This document shows, one piece after another, positions 53,426-63,998 of a DNA stretch of 64,000 bases. The translations under genes and the position numbers were made by a program. Origin of the DNA: Candidatus Falkowbacteria bacterium (lineage in GTDB: Bacteria; Patescibacteriota; Patescibacteriia; Patescibacteriales; UBA12075); contig DOSJ01000006.1 in the NCBI GenBank assembly GCA_003514005.1, positions 2,281 through 66,280 on the forward strand, written 5' to 3'. The notes under the pieces are model-generated. The model was not told where the DNA came from and did not search any database. It saw nothing but the letters and a program-made list of their open reading frames with translations. Position 1 is the stretch's first letter, and every line of letters begins with the position of its first letter.

Positions 53426-55006
53426 TTATGGATTTAAAACGCTGTTTATTTCATCAGTCAAGACTGCTCCAGGGGTGCTTGTTGGGATAATCGGATCAGT
53501 AGTGCTCGCAATCGTGCTTGGAGTTGAAGATGCTTGTTCCTGCTCGGTGTCAATCTCGCTCTCAATATAAATATCACTTAAAGGCTCTCCGTCGCCGTAA
53601 AGATCAAGAATTTTTGTTGGTACCGTAATTACGTTTTTCCAAGAATAACCCAAATCTTCAAAAATCTTACCAGAAGTAATCGGCCGTTTTTTCTTGTTAT
53701 CAATAACATAAACAGCAGGGGACACGTTTGACTTTAACAATTCACCGTCGTTGAATATGGCTGGCTCTACGGTTTTATAACTTGCCAGTTTTTCCGGAGT
53801 TTCCTTGGTAATCGATTTCCATTTGAATTTTGTACTTAGCAACGACCTATCCCACAAAGGCGCTTTTGTGCCTTCAGTAACATAGTAAACACCTCCGCTA
53901 ACGCTGTCTTGTAATAAGGCGCCGGTAGGAAAGGATGATGTCGCAGTAATTGGCAATCCGTCTGCGTAAGCGTTTATATCTTCCCAACTTGCACTTACGA
54001 CTTCTTCCGGATTAAAACCGATTTTTCGGAATGCTTCGGTGCTGTCTATGCCACGCTTTGTGTCATCAACAAGCAAGTAGACTGTACCGGCCGGGCTTTG
54101 GATTAGTGAATACTGCGCAAACTTTATCGGAGCGCCTTTGGTGTATTTATCAAGCACGCTTTTGCTTACTTGAACTACCTTGTTCAAATCATAGCGACTG
54201 GTCAGGGCACCTTTTGATAAAAACGGACGTTTAACTCCGTTTTGAATAAGCCAAACTCCTGGTTCGCCTTTTACCTGAAGCAAGGTATTGTTTGGATAGC
54301 TAAAAGTGAAATAGCGCATCCAAAGATTATGAAAATTAAAATTCCCATTATAAACATGCGGCGTATAGTTATACAATCCCGCCGTGGCATTATTCGCCGG
54401 GGTTACAACTGAAGCTGGTCTACCGGTATTTGAAATCGTATATGTTTGTCCGGCGCGAAAACCGTAATTATTTGGATTTTTTATATAATCAAAAAATTGC
54501 AAAGACGCTGAATTAACCTGTCTGCCAAATCCGCGCCAGCGGTCATTACAACCGCCACCATCAGGACAGCCGTAACCGGTTGCCCAATCTAATTGGCTTT
54601 GACTTGGCTCTTTGTCTGTAATCAAGCTTTGCTCTTTTTGTAATAATACGATTAAAAATTTGGGGTTAATGCTTACTTTTTGGCACTTTGCTTCTTTGAC
54701 GGAAATAGGCGCCGTTGCCTCAACATCCGTGCCTCCGCAATCGTAATTGTTTGCCGCATCATAAATAATCTGCGCCGCGGTTTTTTGCTGTCCAGCATAG
54801 TTCGGAAAATTGTTTTTGGAAATATAGCCGCCTTGATTGCGTAAAAAAACCTCGATATCAGCCAATGTCATAGAGTTGGAATCAAGCATTTCCTGGTCGC
54901 TGATAATATTATTCGGATCAAAATTTGCAGCAAACACGGTGCTTGTTACTAAAAAACCGGCTAATAATACAATAATACAAAACAACTTTTTAAACATATT
55001 TTTCAT
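53426..55006 (-). CDS. Secreted protein of unknown function with Cys-containing conserved core and Ser/Thr/Pro tail
   Basis: 526 aa; signal peptide/anchor LFCIIVLLAGFLVTSTVFA; LLQKEQSLITD...WATGYGCPDGGGCNDRW block; C-terminus STPSTIASTTDPIIPTSTPG. Confidence 0.7.
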   Translation of the reverse strand: MKNMFKKLFCIIVLLAGFLVTSTVFAANFDPNNIISDQEMLDSNSMTLADIEVFLRNQGGYISKNNFPNYAGQQKTAAQIIYDAANNYDCGGTDVEATAPISVKEAKCQKVSINPKFLIVLLQKEQSLITDKEPSQSQLDWATGYGCPDGGGCNDRWRGFGRQVNSASLQFFDYIKNPNNYGFRAGQTYTISNTGRPASVVTPANNATAGLYNYTPHVYNGNFNFHNLWMRYFTFSYPNNTLLQVKGEPGVWLIQNGVKRPFLSKGALTSRYDLNKVVQVSKSVLDKYTKGAPIKFAQYSLIQSPAGTVYLLVDDTKRGIDSTEAFRKIGFNPEEVVSASWEDINAYADGLPITATSSFPTGALLQDSVSGGVYYVTEGTKAPLWDRSLLSTKFKWKSITKETPEKLASYKTVEPAIFNDGELLKSNVSPAVYVIDNKKKRPITSGKIFEDLGYSWKNVITVPTKILDLYGDGEPLSDIYIESEIDTEQEQASSTPSTIASTTDPIIPTSTPGAVLTDEINSVLNP

Positions 55007-55121
55007 AATTTTTCACCTTGCAGTAATTGCGATTGCGCAACATGAACAAATTTAATTATTTATTTTACCTTTTTATTATATAATATTTTTCAATTTTATG
55101 GAATAGCAAGAGATACCGCGC

Positions 55122-55155
55122 CAAACAAAAAGACCATAGCATCTGCTTATGGTCT
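55122..55155 (-). terminator. Terminator downstream of clpB
   Basis: AGACCATA (55131-55138) pairs with TATGGTCT (55148-55155); A/T runs on both sides, so potentially bidirectional. Confidence 0.7.
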
Positions 55156-55181
55156 TTTTAGATTTTTTTGGAATAATTGTC

Positions 55182-57809
55182 CTATTTTACGGTTACCAAC
55201 AATTGGTCTTTGATCCCTAAATCAATCGTTACTTTATGTCCGTCCTTGATTTTACCTTCGATAATTTCCAGAGCCAATTCATCCAATATCATATTTTGAA
55301 TTATACGTTTTAACGGACGGGCGCCGAATGTCGTATCAAATCCTTTGTCCGCCAGCATCCGTTTGACTTTATTGCCAATATTTAATTTTATGTTCTTATC
55401 CTTGAGGCGTTTTTCCAGTTTGTCTAATTCAAGGTCGATTATTTTAAGCAAAGTCTGCTTATTTAAACTCTTGAAAATGACAATTTCGTCAATGCGATTT
55501 AAAAATTCCAATTTAAAATTTTCTTTCAAGATTTTGTCGATTTTATCTTTCATCTCATCTGTCTGTATTTTTTCAGCATCAACCAGATTACTGCCATCAC
55601 TGAAACCGATCGAGTACTGTTTGATTACTTCGTTACCCAGATTTGATGTCATAATGATTATGGAATTTTTAAAATTTACAACTCGGCCTTTGGAATCTGT
55701 CAAACGTCCATCGTCTAGAATCTGAAGCAAGATATTGAAAACCTCGGGATGTGCCTTTTCGATTTCATCAAAAAGAATTACGCTGTACGGACGACGTCTG
55801 ACTTTTTCCGTTAATTGTCCGCCTTCCTCATGCCCGATGTAGCCGGGAGGGGAGCCGATTATTTTGGCAACGCTATGCTTTTCCATAAATTCGCTCATAT
55901 CCAAACGGACCAGGGAGCTTTCATCATTAAACATGAATTCCGCCAAAGCTTTTGCAAGTTCGGTTTTACCTACGCCTGTCGGACCGACAAAAAGGAATGA
56001 TCCAATCGGCTTATGTTCTTCGGATATGCCGGCACGTGAACGCCTGATCGCGTTGGATACGGACTTAATGGCTCCTTCCTGACCTTTGACGCGCTTATTC
56101 AATTCGATTTCCGCTTTGCCGAGTTTTTTGACTTCCGGTTCAAGCATCTTGGATACGGGAACGCCTGTCCAGCGGGCAACAACCTTTGCAATATCCTCAC
56201 TATCAATTTCTTCTTTCAAAATTCTTTGGCCATTTTTTTGAATATTCAACAGATCTTGCTCATACTTCTTTACTGCTTTTTCAAGCAATGGAATTTTTGA
56301 ATAACGGATTTCAGCAACCTCAGCCAAGTCTTCGCCATGGCGCTCAACGATTTCCGCGCGCGCTTTCAATTCATCGATCTTTTTCTTTTTTGCACTGATA
56401 TTGGATATGATCTCCATTTCGTTTTTCCAGTGCAGTTCCAGTTGATTCGCTTTTTCATTTAATTCTTCAATGTGTTTATTTAGTATTTTTAATTTATGGT
56501 TATTGGTTTTTTCTCGCAATAAACCAGCTTTTTCAATTTTCAAGCGTTGGATCTCGCGTTTCAATTTATCCAAATCCTCGGGCATGGAATCAATCTCCAT
56601 GCGCAAAGCGCTTGTCGCTTCATCGATCAAATCAACCGCTTTGTCAGGCAAAAAACGGTCAGTAATATAGCGGGAAGAAAGCTTCGCGGCCGCAATCAAA
56701 GCATCGTCGGTAATACGCACGCCGTGATGAACTTCATATTTTTCTTTTATACCGCGTAAAATCGTGATTGTATCTTCGATACTCGGTTCGGAAACAAAAA
56801 TCGGCTGAAAACGTCTTTCTAGTGCGGCATCGCGTTCGATATATTTCTGATATTCTTTTACGGTTGTAGCGCCGATTGTCCTTAGCTCTCCACGCGCCAA
56901 TGCCGGTTTCAACATATTCGAGGCATCCATAGCGCCTTCCGAGGCGCCAACACCCACGATAGTATGCAATTCGTCGATAAATAGAATTATTTTTCCAGCT
57001 TGGGATTTTATCTCTTTTAAAAACGCTTTTAGACGATCTTCAAACTCACCGCGAAATTTCGCGCCGGCCACCATCGCCCCCAGATCAAGACTAATCAACT
57101 CTTTATTTTTTAAAGTTTCGGGCACATCACCTTCGACGATTCTTTGTGCCAGCCCTTCAACTATCGCGGTCTTGCCTGTCCCGGCTTCGCCGATTACTAC
57201 CGGATTGTTTTTTGTACGGCGGGAAATAATCTGCATTATACGGCGGATTTCCTCATCGCGACCGATAACCGGATCAAGTTTTTTCTGCCTCGCCAATTCA
57301 GTCAGGTTTATGGAATATTTTTCCAAGACCTTATGTTTCATTTCCGGATCAGGGCTGTCAATTTTTTGCGCGCCACGCAATTCAGCAAGCAGTTTTAAAA
57401 CTATTTCATAGTTGATACCCAAATGCAAAAGTATTTTCTGCGCTTCGGATTTTATGCCGATCAAGGCCAAGAGGATATGCTCGGTAGAGATAAACTCATC
57501 GCCCATCCTGTCGGCTTCTTTTTTGGCTTGTTCCAAAACCATAGCCACTTCGGCCGTACCCTGAACCGCACCCACGGATGCGGATGTTTTTGTTTTTGGC
57601 AGTTTTTCAATCATATCAAAAACCATATTTTCCATCTCTTCGGGCGCAACTTTCAGTTTTTCCAATATCGGCTTAACCAAACCTTCGCTTTGTGTAAGCA
57701 AAGCCGCCAAAACATGCAAACCGTCTATTTGCTGTTGTCCATTGTCTTGTGCGATTATTTGAGCGTTAATTATTGCTTCTTGTGATTTATTTGTAAATTT
57801 ATTAAACAT
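55182..57809 (-). CDS. clpB: ATP-dependent chaperone ClpB
   Basis: 875 aa; Clp-N repeats, two AAA+ modules ([18 protein letters not shown]), long middle coiled coil, sensor GARPLKR. Confidence 0.97.
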   Translation of the reverse strand: MFNKFTNKSQEAIINAQIIAQDNGQQQIDGLHVLAALLTQSEGLVKPILEKLKVAPEEMENMVFDMIEKLPKTKTSASVGAVQGTAEVAMVLEQAKKEADRMGDEFISTEHILLALIGIKSEAQKILLHLGINYEIVLKLLAELRGAQKIDSPDPEMKHKVLEKYSINLTELARQKKLDPVIGRDEEIRRIMQIISRRTKNNPVVIGEAGTGKTAIVEGLAQRIVEGDVPETLKNKELISLDLGAMVAGAKFRGEFEDRLKAFLKEIKSQAGKIILFIDELHTIVGVGASEGAMDASNMLKPALARGELRTIGATTVKEYQKYIERDAALERRFQPIFVSEPSIEDTITILRGIKEKYEVHHGVRITDDALIAAAKLSSRYITDRFLPDKAVDLIDEATSALRMEIDSMPEDLDKLKREIQRLKIEKAGLLREKTNNHKLKILNKHIEELNEKANQLELHWKNEMEIISNISAKKKKIDELKARAEIVERHGEDLAEVAEIRYSKIPLLEKAVKKYEQDLLNIQKNGQRILKEEIDSEDIAKVVARWTGVPVSKMLEPEVKKLGKAEIELNKRVKGQEGAIKSVSNAIRRSRAGISEEHKPIGSFLFVGPTGVGKTELAKALAEFMFNDESSLVRLDMSEFMEKHSVAKIIGSPPGYIGHEEGGQLTEKVRRRPYSVILFDEIEKAHPEVFNILLQILDDGRLTDSKGRVVNFKNSIIIMTSNLGNEVIKQYSIGFSDGSNLVDAEKIQTDEMKDKIDKILKENFKLEFLNRIDEIVIFKSLNKQTLLKIIDLELDKLEKRLKDKNIKLNIGNKVKRMLADKGFDTTFGARPLKRIIQNMILDELALEIIEGKIKDGHKVTIDLGIKDQLLVTVK

Positions 57810-57849
57810 GATTTAATTGATTAGTAATTATTTATTTTGATAAAAACTG

Positions 57850-57876
57850 TTAGCACTCACTGAATTAGAGTGCTAA
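57850..57876. promoter_or_regulatory. CIRCE operator (HrcA binding site), perfect consensus
   Basis: TTAGCACTC-ACTGAATTA-GAGTGCTAA equals TTAGCACTC-N9-GAGTGCTAA; 41 nt upstream of the clpB start. Confidence 0.9.
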
Positions 57877-57881
57877 TTATT

Positions 57882-57910
57882 ACTATAATAGATAGTGTCA
57901 TTAATGTCAA
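57882..57910 (-). promoter_or_regulatory. Sigma-70-type promoter of clpB
   Basis: Minus strand reads TTGACA (57910-57905), 17-nt spacer, TATAGT (57887-57882), followed 5 nt later by CIRCE. Confidence 0.75.
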
Positions 57911-57921
57911 GATATTGTTTT

Positions 57922-58938
57922 TTATTCAATTATATCAAGACTTCGATCGCAATAAACACAGCGTCCATTATTATCAAATCTTTCAATATTATAACCAAGA
58001 CGCCGAATCGCCAATTCATCGCATTTTGGGCAATAGGTATTTTCTTTTTGGTCTCCCGGAATATTGCCGACATAAACGTATTTAAGACCCGCGTCCTTGC
58101 CGATTTCATAAGCCTGATAAATACTATCTTCACCGGTTATCGGCAGATTTTTTAATTTCCAAGAAAGATCAGGATAAAACTTTGCCAAATGCCAAGGCGT
58201 ATCCGCATCCAATTCAACCGCGATAAATTCCGCTAATTCACAAAGCATATCGCTATCATCCGACAATGTCGGAATAATATGGGTGCTTATTTCCAAGTGT
58301 ACTTGCTCTTGTTTTAAGATTTTCAAATTTTCTAAAACCGGTTTCAATTTGGCAGAACAATTGTGCTGATAAAAATCCGTATCCATTGATTTCAAGTCAA
58401 CATTAACCGCGTCCAAATAGGGGAGAATGGCAGAGAGACAATCTTTACTCATAAATCCGTTTGATACCCAGATATTTTTAAGTCCGTTAGCATGGGCTAA
58501 ACGCATAATGTCCAGAGCGTATTCGCAATTTACGGTCGGTTCAGATTTTAAGTAAGCGACTGATTGGCAATCATTGCCGATTGCTTCTTCGATTATTCTT
58601 TCCGGCATGACAAAATCGGCTTTTTCCACTCTTTCATTAATGTTTTCCATTTGGCTAATGCTATAATTTTGGCAATTATCGCATTTAAAATTGCAACCGA
58701 AATTTCCCAAAGAATAGGTAAGGGATCCAGGCATAAAATGAAACAAGGGTATCTTTTCAACCGGATCAATATTTTGCATGACAGGATAACCGTAATTAAA
58801 AGAATATAGTTTTCCGCCCTTATTAACGCGTACATTGCAAATACCTGGTTGGTTTTCGTTAATTAGACAATTGTGTCCGCAAAGAAAACATTTAACGCTA
58901 TTATTTTTCTCTGCTTTATAAAAACGTGCTTCTTTCAT
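57922..58938 (-). CDS. AmmeMemoRadiSam-system radical SAM enzyme
   Basis: N-terminus EARFYKAE...VKCFLCGHNCLINENQPGICNVR plus radical-SAM cluster CNFKCDNCQN; I prefer Met15 (58938) over the track start at 58980. Confidence 0.85.
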   Translation of the reverse strand: MKEARFYKAEKNNSVKCFLCGHNCLINENQPGICNVRVNKGGKLYSFNYGYPVMQNIDPVEKIPLFHFMPGSLTYSLGNFGCNFKCDNCQNYSISQMENINERVEKADFVMPERIIEEAIGNDCQSVAYLKSEPTVNCEYALDIMRLAHANGLKNIWVSNGFMSKDCLSAILPYLDAVNVDLKSMDTDFYQHNCSAKLKPVLENLKILKQEQVHLEISTHIIPTLSDDSDMLCELAEFIAVELDADTPWHLAKFYPDLSWKLKNLPITGEDSIYQAYEIGKDAGLKYVYVGNIPGDQKENTYCPKCDELAIRRLGYNIERFDNNGRCVYCDRSLDIIE

Positions 58939-59045
58939 ATGAAAATTTTTAGAATCCCTCATTATTACTAAAATTATCATAATTCATTGCAGAGTGCAAG
59001 AAATTCTACTATAATTAAATTAAATTATCAAAATAATACATTAAC

Positions 59046-60257
59046 ATGCAAAATAAAATAAATATTTTAGGCATAAATATTGACAATATAAGTAAAAACG
59101 ATTTAAAAGATAGTATTTCCAGCTTATTAAATAGTTCTTCTTTTCAGTATATTGTTACGCCCAATCCCGAAATTATTTTAAAGGCAATCACTGATGAAGA
59201 ATATTTTTATATTATCAACAATGCAAGTTTAGCACCGGCTGACGGCATTGGTCTAAAATTTGCCGCTTTAGTAACGGGCAATATTATTCCCAGAATCACC
59301 GGTGTTGAGATTACTGACGAATTATTAAACATCTGCAATCATTTGCAAAAAAAGGTATTGATAGTAAACTGGAAAGATGGTTTGTCAAGCGATATCGATA
59401 TACAAACCGCTTTAAATAAAAAATACCAGGATTTAAACTTTTTTGTTCACAGCATGCCCAGGGAAAGGGATAATTGGAAAAGTATTTTGAATCAAACAGA
59501 AATATTAAAATACGAACCCGATGTAGTGTTTTGTTTATTCGGTGCTCCATACCAAGAAAAGTTTATTTATCATATTGCAAAAAAAATTCCAAATGTTAAA
59601 CTAGCGATTGGCGTTGGCGGAGCGTTTGACTTTTTTACAAACAAGATTAAACGCGCGCCTGGTATTTTTCGCATCATTGGTCTGGAATGGTTATGGCGAC
59701 TTATCAAACAACCGAAAAGATGGAAAAGAATTTATAATGCAGTAGTAGTTTTTCCTTTTAAATTTTTACGATGGCAATTTATTCTTCCTTTGTTTTATAG
59801 AAAAAATGTCGCCTGCTTAATTTATAAAAAAGAAAACAACAAAAGATTTGTCTTGCTTGTTGAGAGAGAGGATTGCGAAGACTACTGGCAATTACCGCAA
59901 GGAGGAACAGATGGTGAAAAAATAGAAACAGCAGGACAAAGGGAGCTGTTCGAAGAATTAAACAGTTCCAAATTTAAATTTGTGTGTGCGTATAAAAATC
60001 AATATAAATATAAGTTTGGGCAAAGAAACGAAGATAGTGAATATATTAAAATAGTAAAAAAACATCTTGGCTATAAAGGGCAAAGCCAAAGTCTATACAT
60101 CGCCGAATTCACCGGCAAGGATACAGATATAAGAATAAATTTTTGGGAACACACAAACTGGAAATGGGTTCCGGAAGAAAACGTTTTGAACACAGTTCAT
60201 GATTGTCGAAAAAAAGCTATGAATATATATTTAAATATTTTTTCTAAAATTAAATAA
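59046..60257 (+). CDS. Fusion protein: WecB/TagA/CpsF-family glycosyltransferase + NUDIX hydrolase
   Basis: N-terminal about 250 aa: IVTPNPEII, PADGIGL, GVGGAFDFFTNKIKRAPGIFRIIGLEWLWRLIKQPKRW; C-terminal Nudix box QGGTDGEKIETAGQRELFEELN. Confidence 0.8.
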   Translation: MQNKINILGINIDNISKNDLKDSISSLLNSSSFQYIVTPNPEIILKAITDEEYFYIINNASLAPADGIGLKFAALVTGNIIPRITGVEITDELLNICNHLQKKVLIVNWKDGLSSDIDIQTALNKKYQDLNFFVHSMPRERDNWKSILNQTEILKYEPDVVFCLFGAPYQEKFIYHIAKKIPNVKLAIGVGGAFDFFTNKIKRAPGIFRIIGLEWLWRLIKQPKRWKRIYNAVVVFPFKFLRWQFILPLFYRKNVACLIYKKENNKRFVLLVEREDCEDYWQLPQGGTDGEKIETAGQRELFEELNSSKFKFVCAYKNQYKYKFGQRNEDSEYIKIVKKHLGYKGQSQSLYIAEFTGKDTDIRINFWEHTNWKWVPEENVLNTVHDCRKKAMNIYLNIFSKIK

Positions 60258-60277
60258 TATTTAAAAACGATAACTAT

Positions 60278-61759
60278 ATGACAAAAAAAATAAGAGGTAG
60301 GCTTGCGCCATCGCCAACCGGATTTTTACACATTGGTAATTTAAGAACCGCGCTATTTGGTTACTTGACTATAAAAAGCATGGGTGGTGATTATATTCTA
60401 CGGATCGAAGATACGGATGATAAACGTTTTGTCCCGGGTGCTATCGAAAAATTAGTTGACGTACTGGAGTGGTCGGGAATAAAATTCGACGAATCTCCAC
60501 TTTTGTCCGGACCATACGCGCCATATGTTCAGAGCGAAAGAAAAGAAATCTATAAAAAACATATCGACGAGCTGCTGCAAAAAGACGGTGCGTATCATTG
60601 TTTTTGCTCATCTGAGAGATTGGATAAAATGCGCGAGGAACAACAAGCAAATAAAAAACCGCCACGATACGACAGGCAATGCCGCAATTTAAATCCAGAA
60701 GAAGTATCAAAAAAAATTGCATCAGGCGAGCCGTTTGTAATAAGACAAAAAATGCCCCTAGATGGAGAAGTAAAATGCTTTGATGAATTACGCGGAGAAA
60801 TAACTGTAAACGCCCAAGAGCTTGATGATCATGTACTTATCAAATCCAACGGCATGCCAACCTACCAATTTGCAAATATCGTCGATGACCATTTAATGGA
60901 AATCACGCACGTAACCCGAGGTGAAGAGTGGATTCCGTCTTTTCCGAAAAACGTTTTACTTTATACTGCTTTTGGCTGGGACGTACCAAAGTTTATCCAT
61001 CTGCCGGTTGTTTTAAATAAAGAAGGCGGCGGCAAATTATCCAAGCGCCAAGGCGATGTTTCCGTCGAGGAGTTTCGAGAAAAAGGCTATCTGTCTGATG
61101 CTTTGATAAACTTTATTGTTCTGCTTGGTTGGCACCCAGAAGGAGATGATGAGATTTTGAGTATGGAAGAGCTGATCAAAAAATTTGATCACAAAAAAAT
61201 CAGCTCAAGCCCTGCGGTTTTTGATGTTGAAAAACTGAATTATTTCAACGGTTACTATATTCGTCGTATGGATCTAGATAAATTGACTGAAATGGCAATG
61301 CCTTATCTAAAAGAAAATGTTGACAAAACTTCTGACACAAGAAAAAAATCCCCCGATTTTATTAAACAGGCTGTCAAAATAGAGCAAGAGCGCTTAAAAA
61401 AGCTTTCGGATATAAAAGAATATACAGAGTTTTTATTTTTAGATAAACTGGAATATCCAAAAGAAATGCTTATCTGGAAAAAACAAGAAGCAGGGGATTG
61501 CAAATACAACCTTATAACAATAAGAAATATTTTGGAAAAAATAGCAAGTGAGGAATGGACAAAAGAAAATATTGAAAACAAAATATTGCAATATCTAAAC
61601 GACAATGCCCTGAAAGCCGGTGATTTTCTCTGGCCAACGCGCGTCGCTCTGACCGGCAAACAGCAAAGCCCCGGCCCTTTTGATGTCGCGTTTGTTCTTG
61701 GCAGGGAAGAAAGCTTGGAAAAAATACAAATTGCAATTGATGCGTTAAATGTGCTATAA
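60278..61759 (+). CDS. gltX: Glutamate--tRNA ligase
   Basis: 493 aa; RLAPSPTGFLHIGNLRTA (HIGH), KLSKR (KMSKS), RIEDTD. Confidence 0.95.
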   Translation: MTKKIRGRLAPSPTGFLHIGNLRTALFGYLTIKSMGGDYILRIEDTDDKRFVPGAIEKLVDVLEWSGIKFDESPLLSGPYAPYVQSERKEIYKKHIDELLQKDGAYHCFCSSERLDKMREEQQANKKPPRYDRQCRNLNPEEVSKKIASGEPFVIRQKMPLDGEVKCFDELRGEITVNAQELDDHVLIKSNGMPTYQFANIVDDHLMEITHVTRGEEWIPSFPKNVLLYTAFGWDVPKFIHLPVVLNKEGGGKLSKRQGDVSVEEFREKGYLSDALINFIVLLGWHPEGDDEILSMEELIKKFDHKKISSSPAVFDVEKLNYFNGYYIRRMDLDKLTEMAMPYLKENVDKTSDTRKKSPDFIKQAVKIEQERLKKLSDIKEYTEFLFLDKLEYPKEMLIWKKQEAGDCKYNLITIRNILEKIASEEWTKENIENKILQYLNDNALKAGDFLWPTRVALTGKQQSPGPFDVAFVLGREESLEKIQIAIDALNVL

Positions 61760-61795
61760 TAAAAGAGTCTTTAAATTTCAATCTCTCAAAAAATA

Positions 61796-63043
61796 ATGCC
61801 AGAAAAAAAATATAAAAAAATCACCAAACTGATCTCAGTAACAATGTGTTTATTGTTTTTTTTAAGCTTTTCAGCTTCTGTTTACAGCCAGGATGACGAG
61901 GCGAGTGTCATTAATCGCGAAGTAAAAATGATAAACGAAGATATTTCGGACAAAAAAAACCAAGTAAAAAAAATTCAAGACAAACAGGCGGAATACGAAG
62001 CCCTGATCAAGCAAAAACAGCAAGAAAAATCGAGTCTTAATAATCAATTGTCGCTTTTAGACAACCGCTTAGCAAAATCAGAGCTTGACATTGAGCTGGT
62101 AGAAACCGAAATCGGCCGTATCGAGCTTGAAATCCAAAAAACCAATCTTGAGATCGAAAGTAGAAACAAAGATATTCTAAAAAACAAAGATCAAATCGCG
62201 GATGTGTTGCGCCTAATCCAAAAAAGAGACAATGTGAATACCTTGGAGATAATGCTATTAAACAGTTCCTTGTCAGAATTTTTAACGCAGATAAAGTATC
62301 TTGAGGATATAAACGAAAGCCTGGACGAAAGTCTACAAGACGTAGAAAAATTAAAACGTGATTTGGAAAAGGAACAAAAAACGCTTGCTCGCAAAAACGA
62401 TGAGATGAATAAATTTAAAACCGAATTAAACGAGAAAAAGGCTAAGCTTGCGGCAGAAAAAGACAACAAGATTACGATTCTCGGCCAGGTCGGACAAACG
62501 GAAAAAGAATACCAAAGACTTTTGGCAAAAGCCAAAAAAGAACAGGAAGACGCCGCGGCCGAAATTGCCAGCATGGAAAAATTAGTACGCGCGAAACTGG
62601 CTTCTTTGGACAAAGAAAAAATGGAATTTAACGCCAATGGCATGGTCTGGCCGGTTACCAAAAACGTAATTACCGCCTATTTTCATGATCCTGATTATCC
62701 GTTTCGTAATATTTTCGAGCATCCAGCAGTTGATATCCGCGCAAAGCAGGGGAGTACGCTCAAAGCGGCCGCTTCCGGCTATGTTGCACGCGTAAAATCC
62801 GACGGATCCGCAAATTACGGCTACATCATGCTTATCCACGGTGACGGATTATCAACCGTTTACGGCCACGTTTCAAAATCATACGTAGCCGAAGACGAAT
62901 ATGTTGTCCAAGGACAAGCAATCGGCTTATCCGGAGGATTGCCGGGAACGCCCGGATCCGGTCGTCTTACCACCGGTTCACATCTGCATTTTGAGGTGCG
63001 CCTAAACGGTATTCCAGTAGATCCGCTTAGTTATTTGCCGTAA
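61796..63043 (+). CDS. M23 family metallopeptidase with N-terminal coiled coil (EnvC-like architecture)
   Basis: 415 aa; signal/TM, about 230-aa heptad-rich region, C-terminal HPAVDI...GHVS...GSHLHFEVRLNG. Confidence 0.88.
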   Translation: MPEKKYKKITKLISVTMCLLFFLSFSASVYSQDDEASVINREVKMINEDISDKKNQVKKIQDKQAEYEALIKQKQQEKSSLNNQLSLLDNRLAKSELDIELVETEIGRIELEIQKTNLEIESRNKDILKNKDQIADVLRLIQKRDNVNTLEIMLLNSSLSEFLTQIKYLEDINESLDESLQDVEKLKRDLEKEQKTLARKNDEMNKFKTELNEKKAKLAAEKDNKITILGQVGQTEKEYQRLLAKAKKEQEDAAAEIASMEKLVRAKLASLDKEKMEFNANGMVWPVTKNVITAYFHDPDYPFRNIFEHPAVDIRAKQGSTLKAAASGYVARVKSDGSANYGYIMLIHGDGLSTVYGHVSKSYVAEDEYVVQGQAIGLSGGLPGTPGSGRLTTGSHLHFEVRLNGIPVDPLSYLP

Positions 63044-63054
63044 AATTTGAATAT

Positions 63055-63088
63055 AAAAAACCGTTCCATATATTGAAACGGTTTTTTT
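63055..63088. terminator. Bidirectional terminator between convergent genes
   Basis: AACCGTT (63059-63065) pairs with AACGGTT (63077-63083), with an A-run before and TTTTT after. Confidence 0.6.
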
Positions 63089-63998
63089 AATTTTTAATTC
63101 GACTGCCACTATGAGCTTTTCTATGCACGTCTTTTAATTGTTTATTAGTTACATGCGTATATATCTGCGTAGTTGAAATATTTTTATGTCCCAAAAATTC
63201 TTGAACCAAGCGCAAATCCACTCCCTGACTCAACAAATCAGTCGCGAATGAATGTCTGAGAGTATGAGGAGTGGCTAGAATCGATACTCCACTGATTTTT
63301 ACATATTTTTTTACAATATCTTCAATACTTTTTGTTGTTAGACGTCTTGGCAAGCCGGATTTTTCAATACCTTGTTTATAATTAATAAACAAGGCTACGT
63401 CAATATCGTTTCGTTTGTCGAGATAAAGTTTTAGCCATTTTACAACACGTTCAGAGAAATAAACTGTTCGCACTTTTTCACCTTTGCCGATTATGGAAAT
63501 CTCGAGATCACTTACGCCCGTATTTATTTTTACTTGTTCGCGGTCAAGACTAACAAGCTCCGCGACCCGTAATCCAGTAGAAAACAATGTTTCAAGAATC
63601 ACTCTGTCCCGTAAACCAATTTTTGTTTTTACGTCAGGGGAGAGGAGTAATTTCTCCAATTGGTTAATCTCTAAAAATTTTATTTCTTTATCTGATTTAT
63701 CTTTGGCTAATTTTATTACAGAAGGGGAGAGTGATGCTATTTTTTTCTCCACAAAAAATTCAAGGAGACTGCGCAAAGCAATTAAGTAGTAGTTTTGTGT
63801 AGATTTTTTTAAATTTTTTTTTAAAGTAGGGTCAACATGCCTGGATAAAAATACACGATATTTCCAAATATGATCTTCGTTAAGTTTTTCCGGTTTTAAT
63901 TTATCGAAATTATTGTCCACCAGCCAATTAAAAAATTTATTTAAAAAGCGAGAGTAGTTCTCTTGGGTTTTTGAACTTAATCCCCTTTCTATTTCCAA
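63087..63998 (-). CDS. Tyrosine recombinase (XerC/XerD-type site-specific integrase)
   Basis: 303 aa; LRVAELVSL, HTLRHSFATDLL, LGHKNISTTQIYTHV; the N-terminus may continue past the window end. Confidence 0.9.
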   Translation of the reverse strand: MEIERGLSSKTQENYSRFLNKFFNWLVDNNFDKLKPEKLNEDHIWKYRVFLSRHVDPTLKKNLKKSTQNYYLIALRSLLEFFVEKKIASLSPSVIKLAKDKSDKEIKFLEINQLEKLLLSPDVKTKIGLRDRVILETLFSTGLRVAELVSLDREQVKINTGVSDLEISIIGKGEKVRTVYFSERVVKWLKLYLDKRNDIDVALFINYKQGIEKSGLPRRLTTKSIEDIVKKYVKISGVSILATPHTLRHSFATDLLSQGVDLRLVQEFLGHKNISTTQIYTHVTNKQLKDVHRKAHSGSRIKN

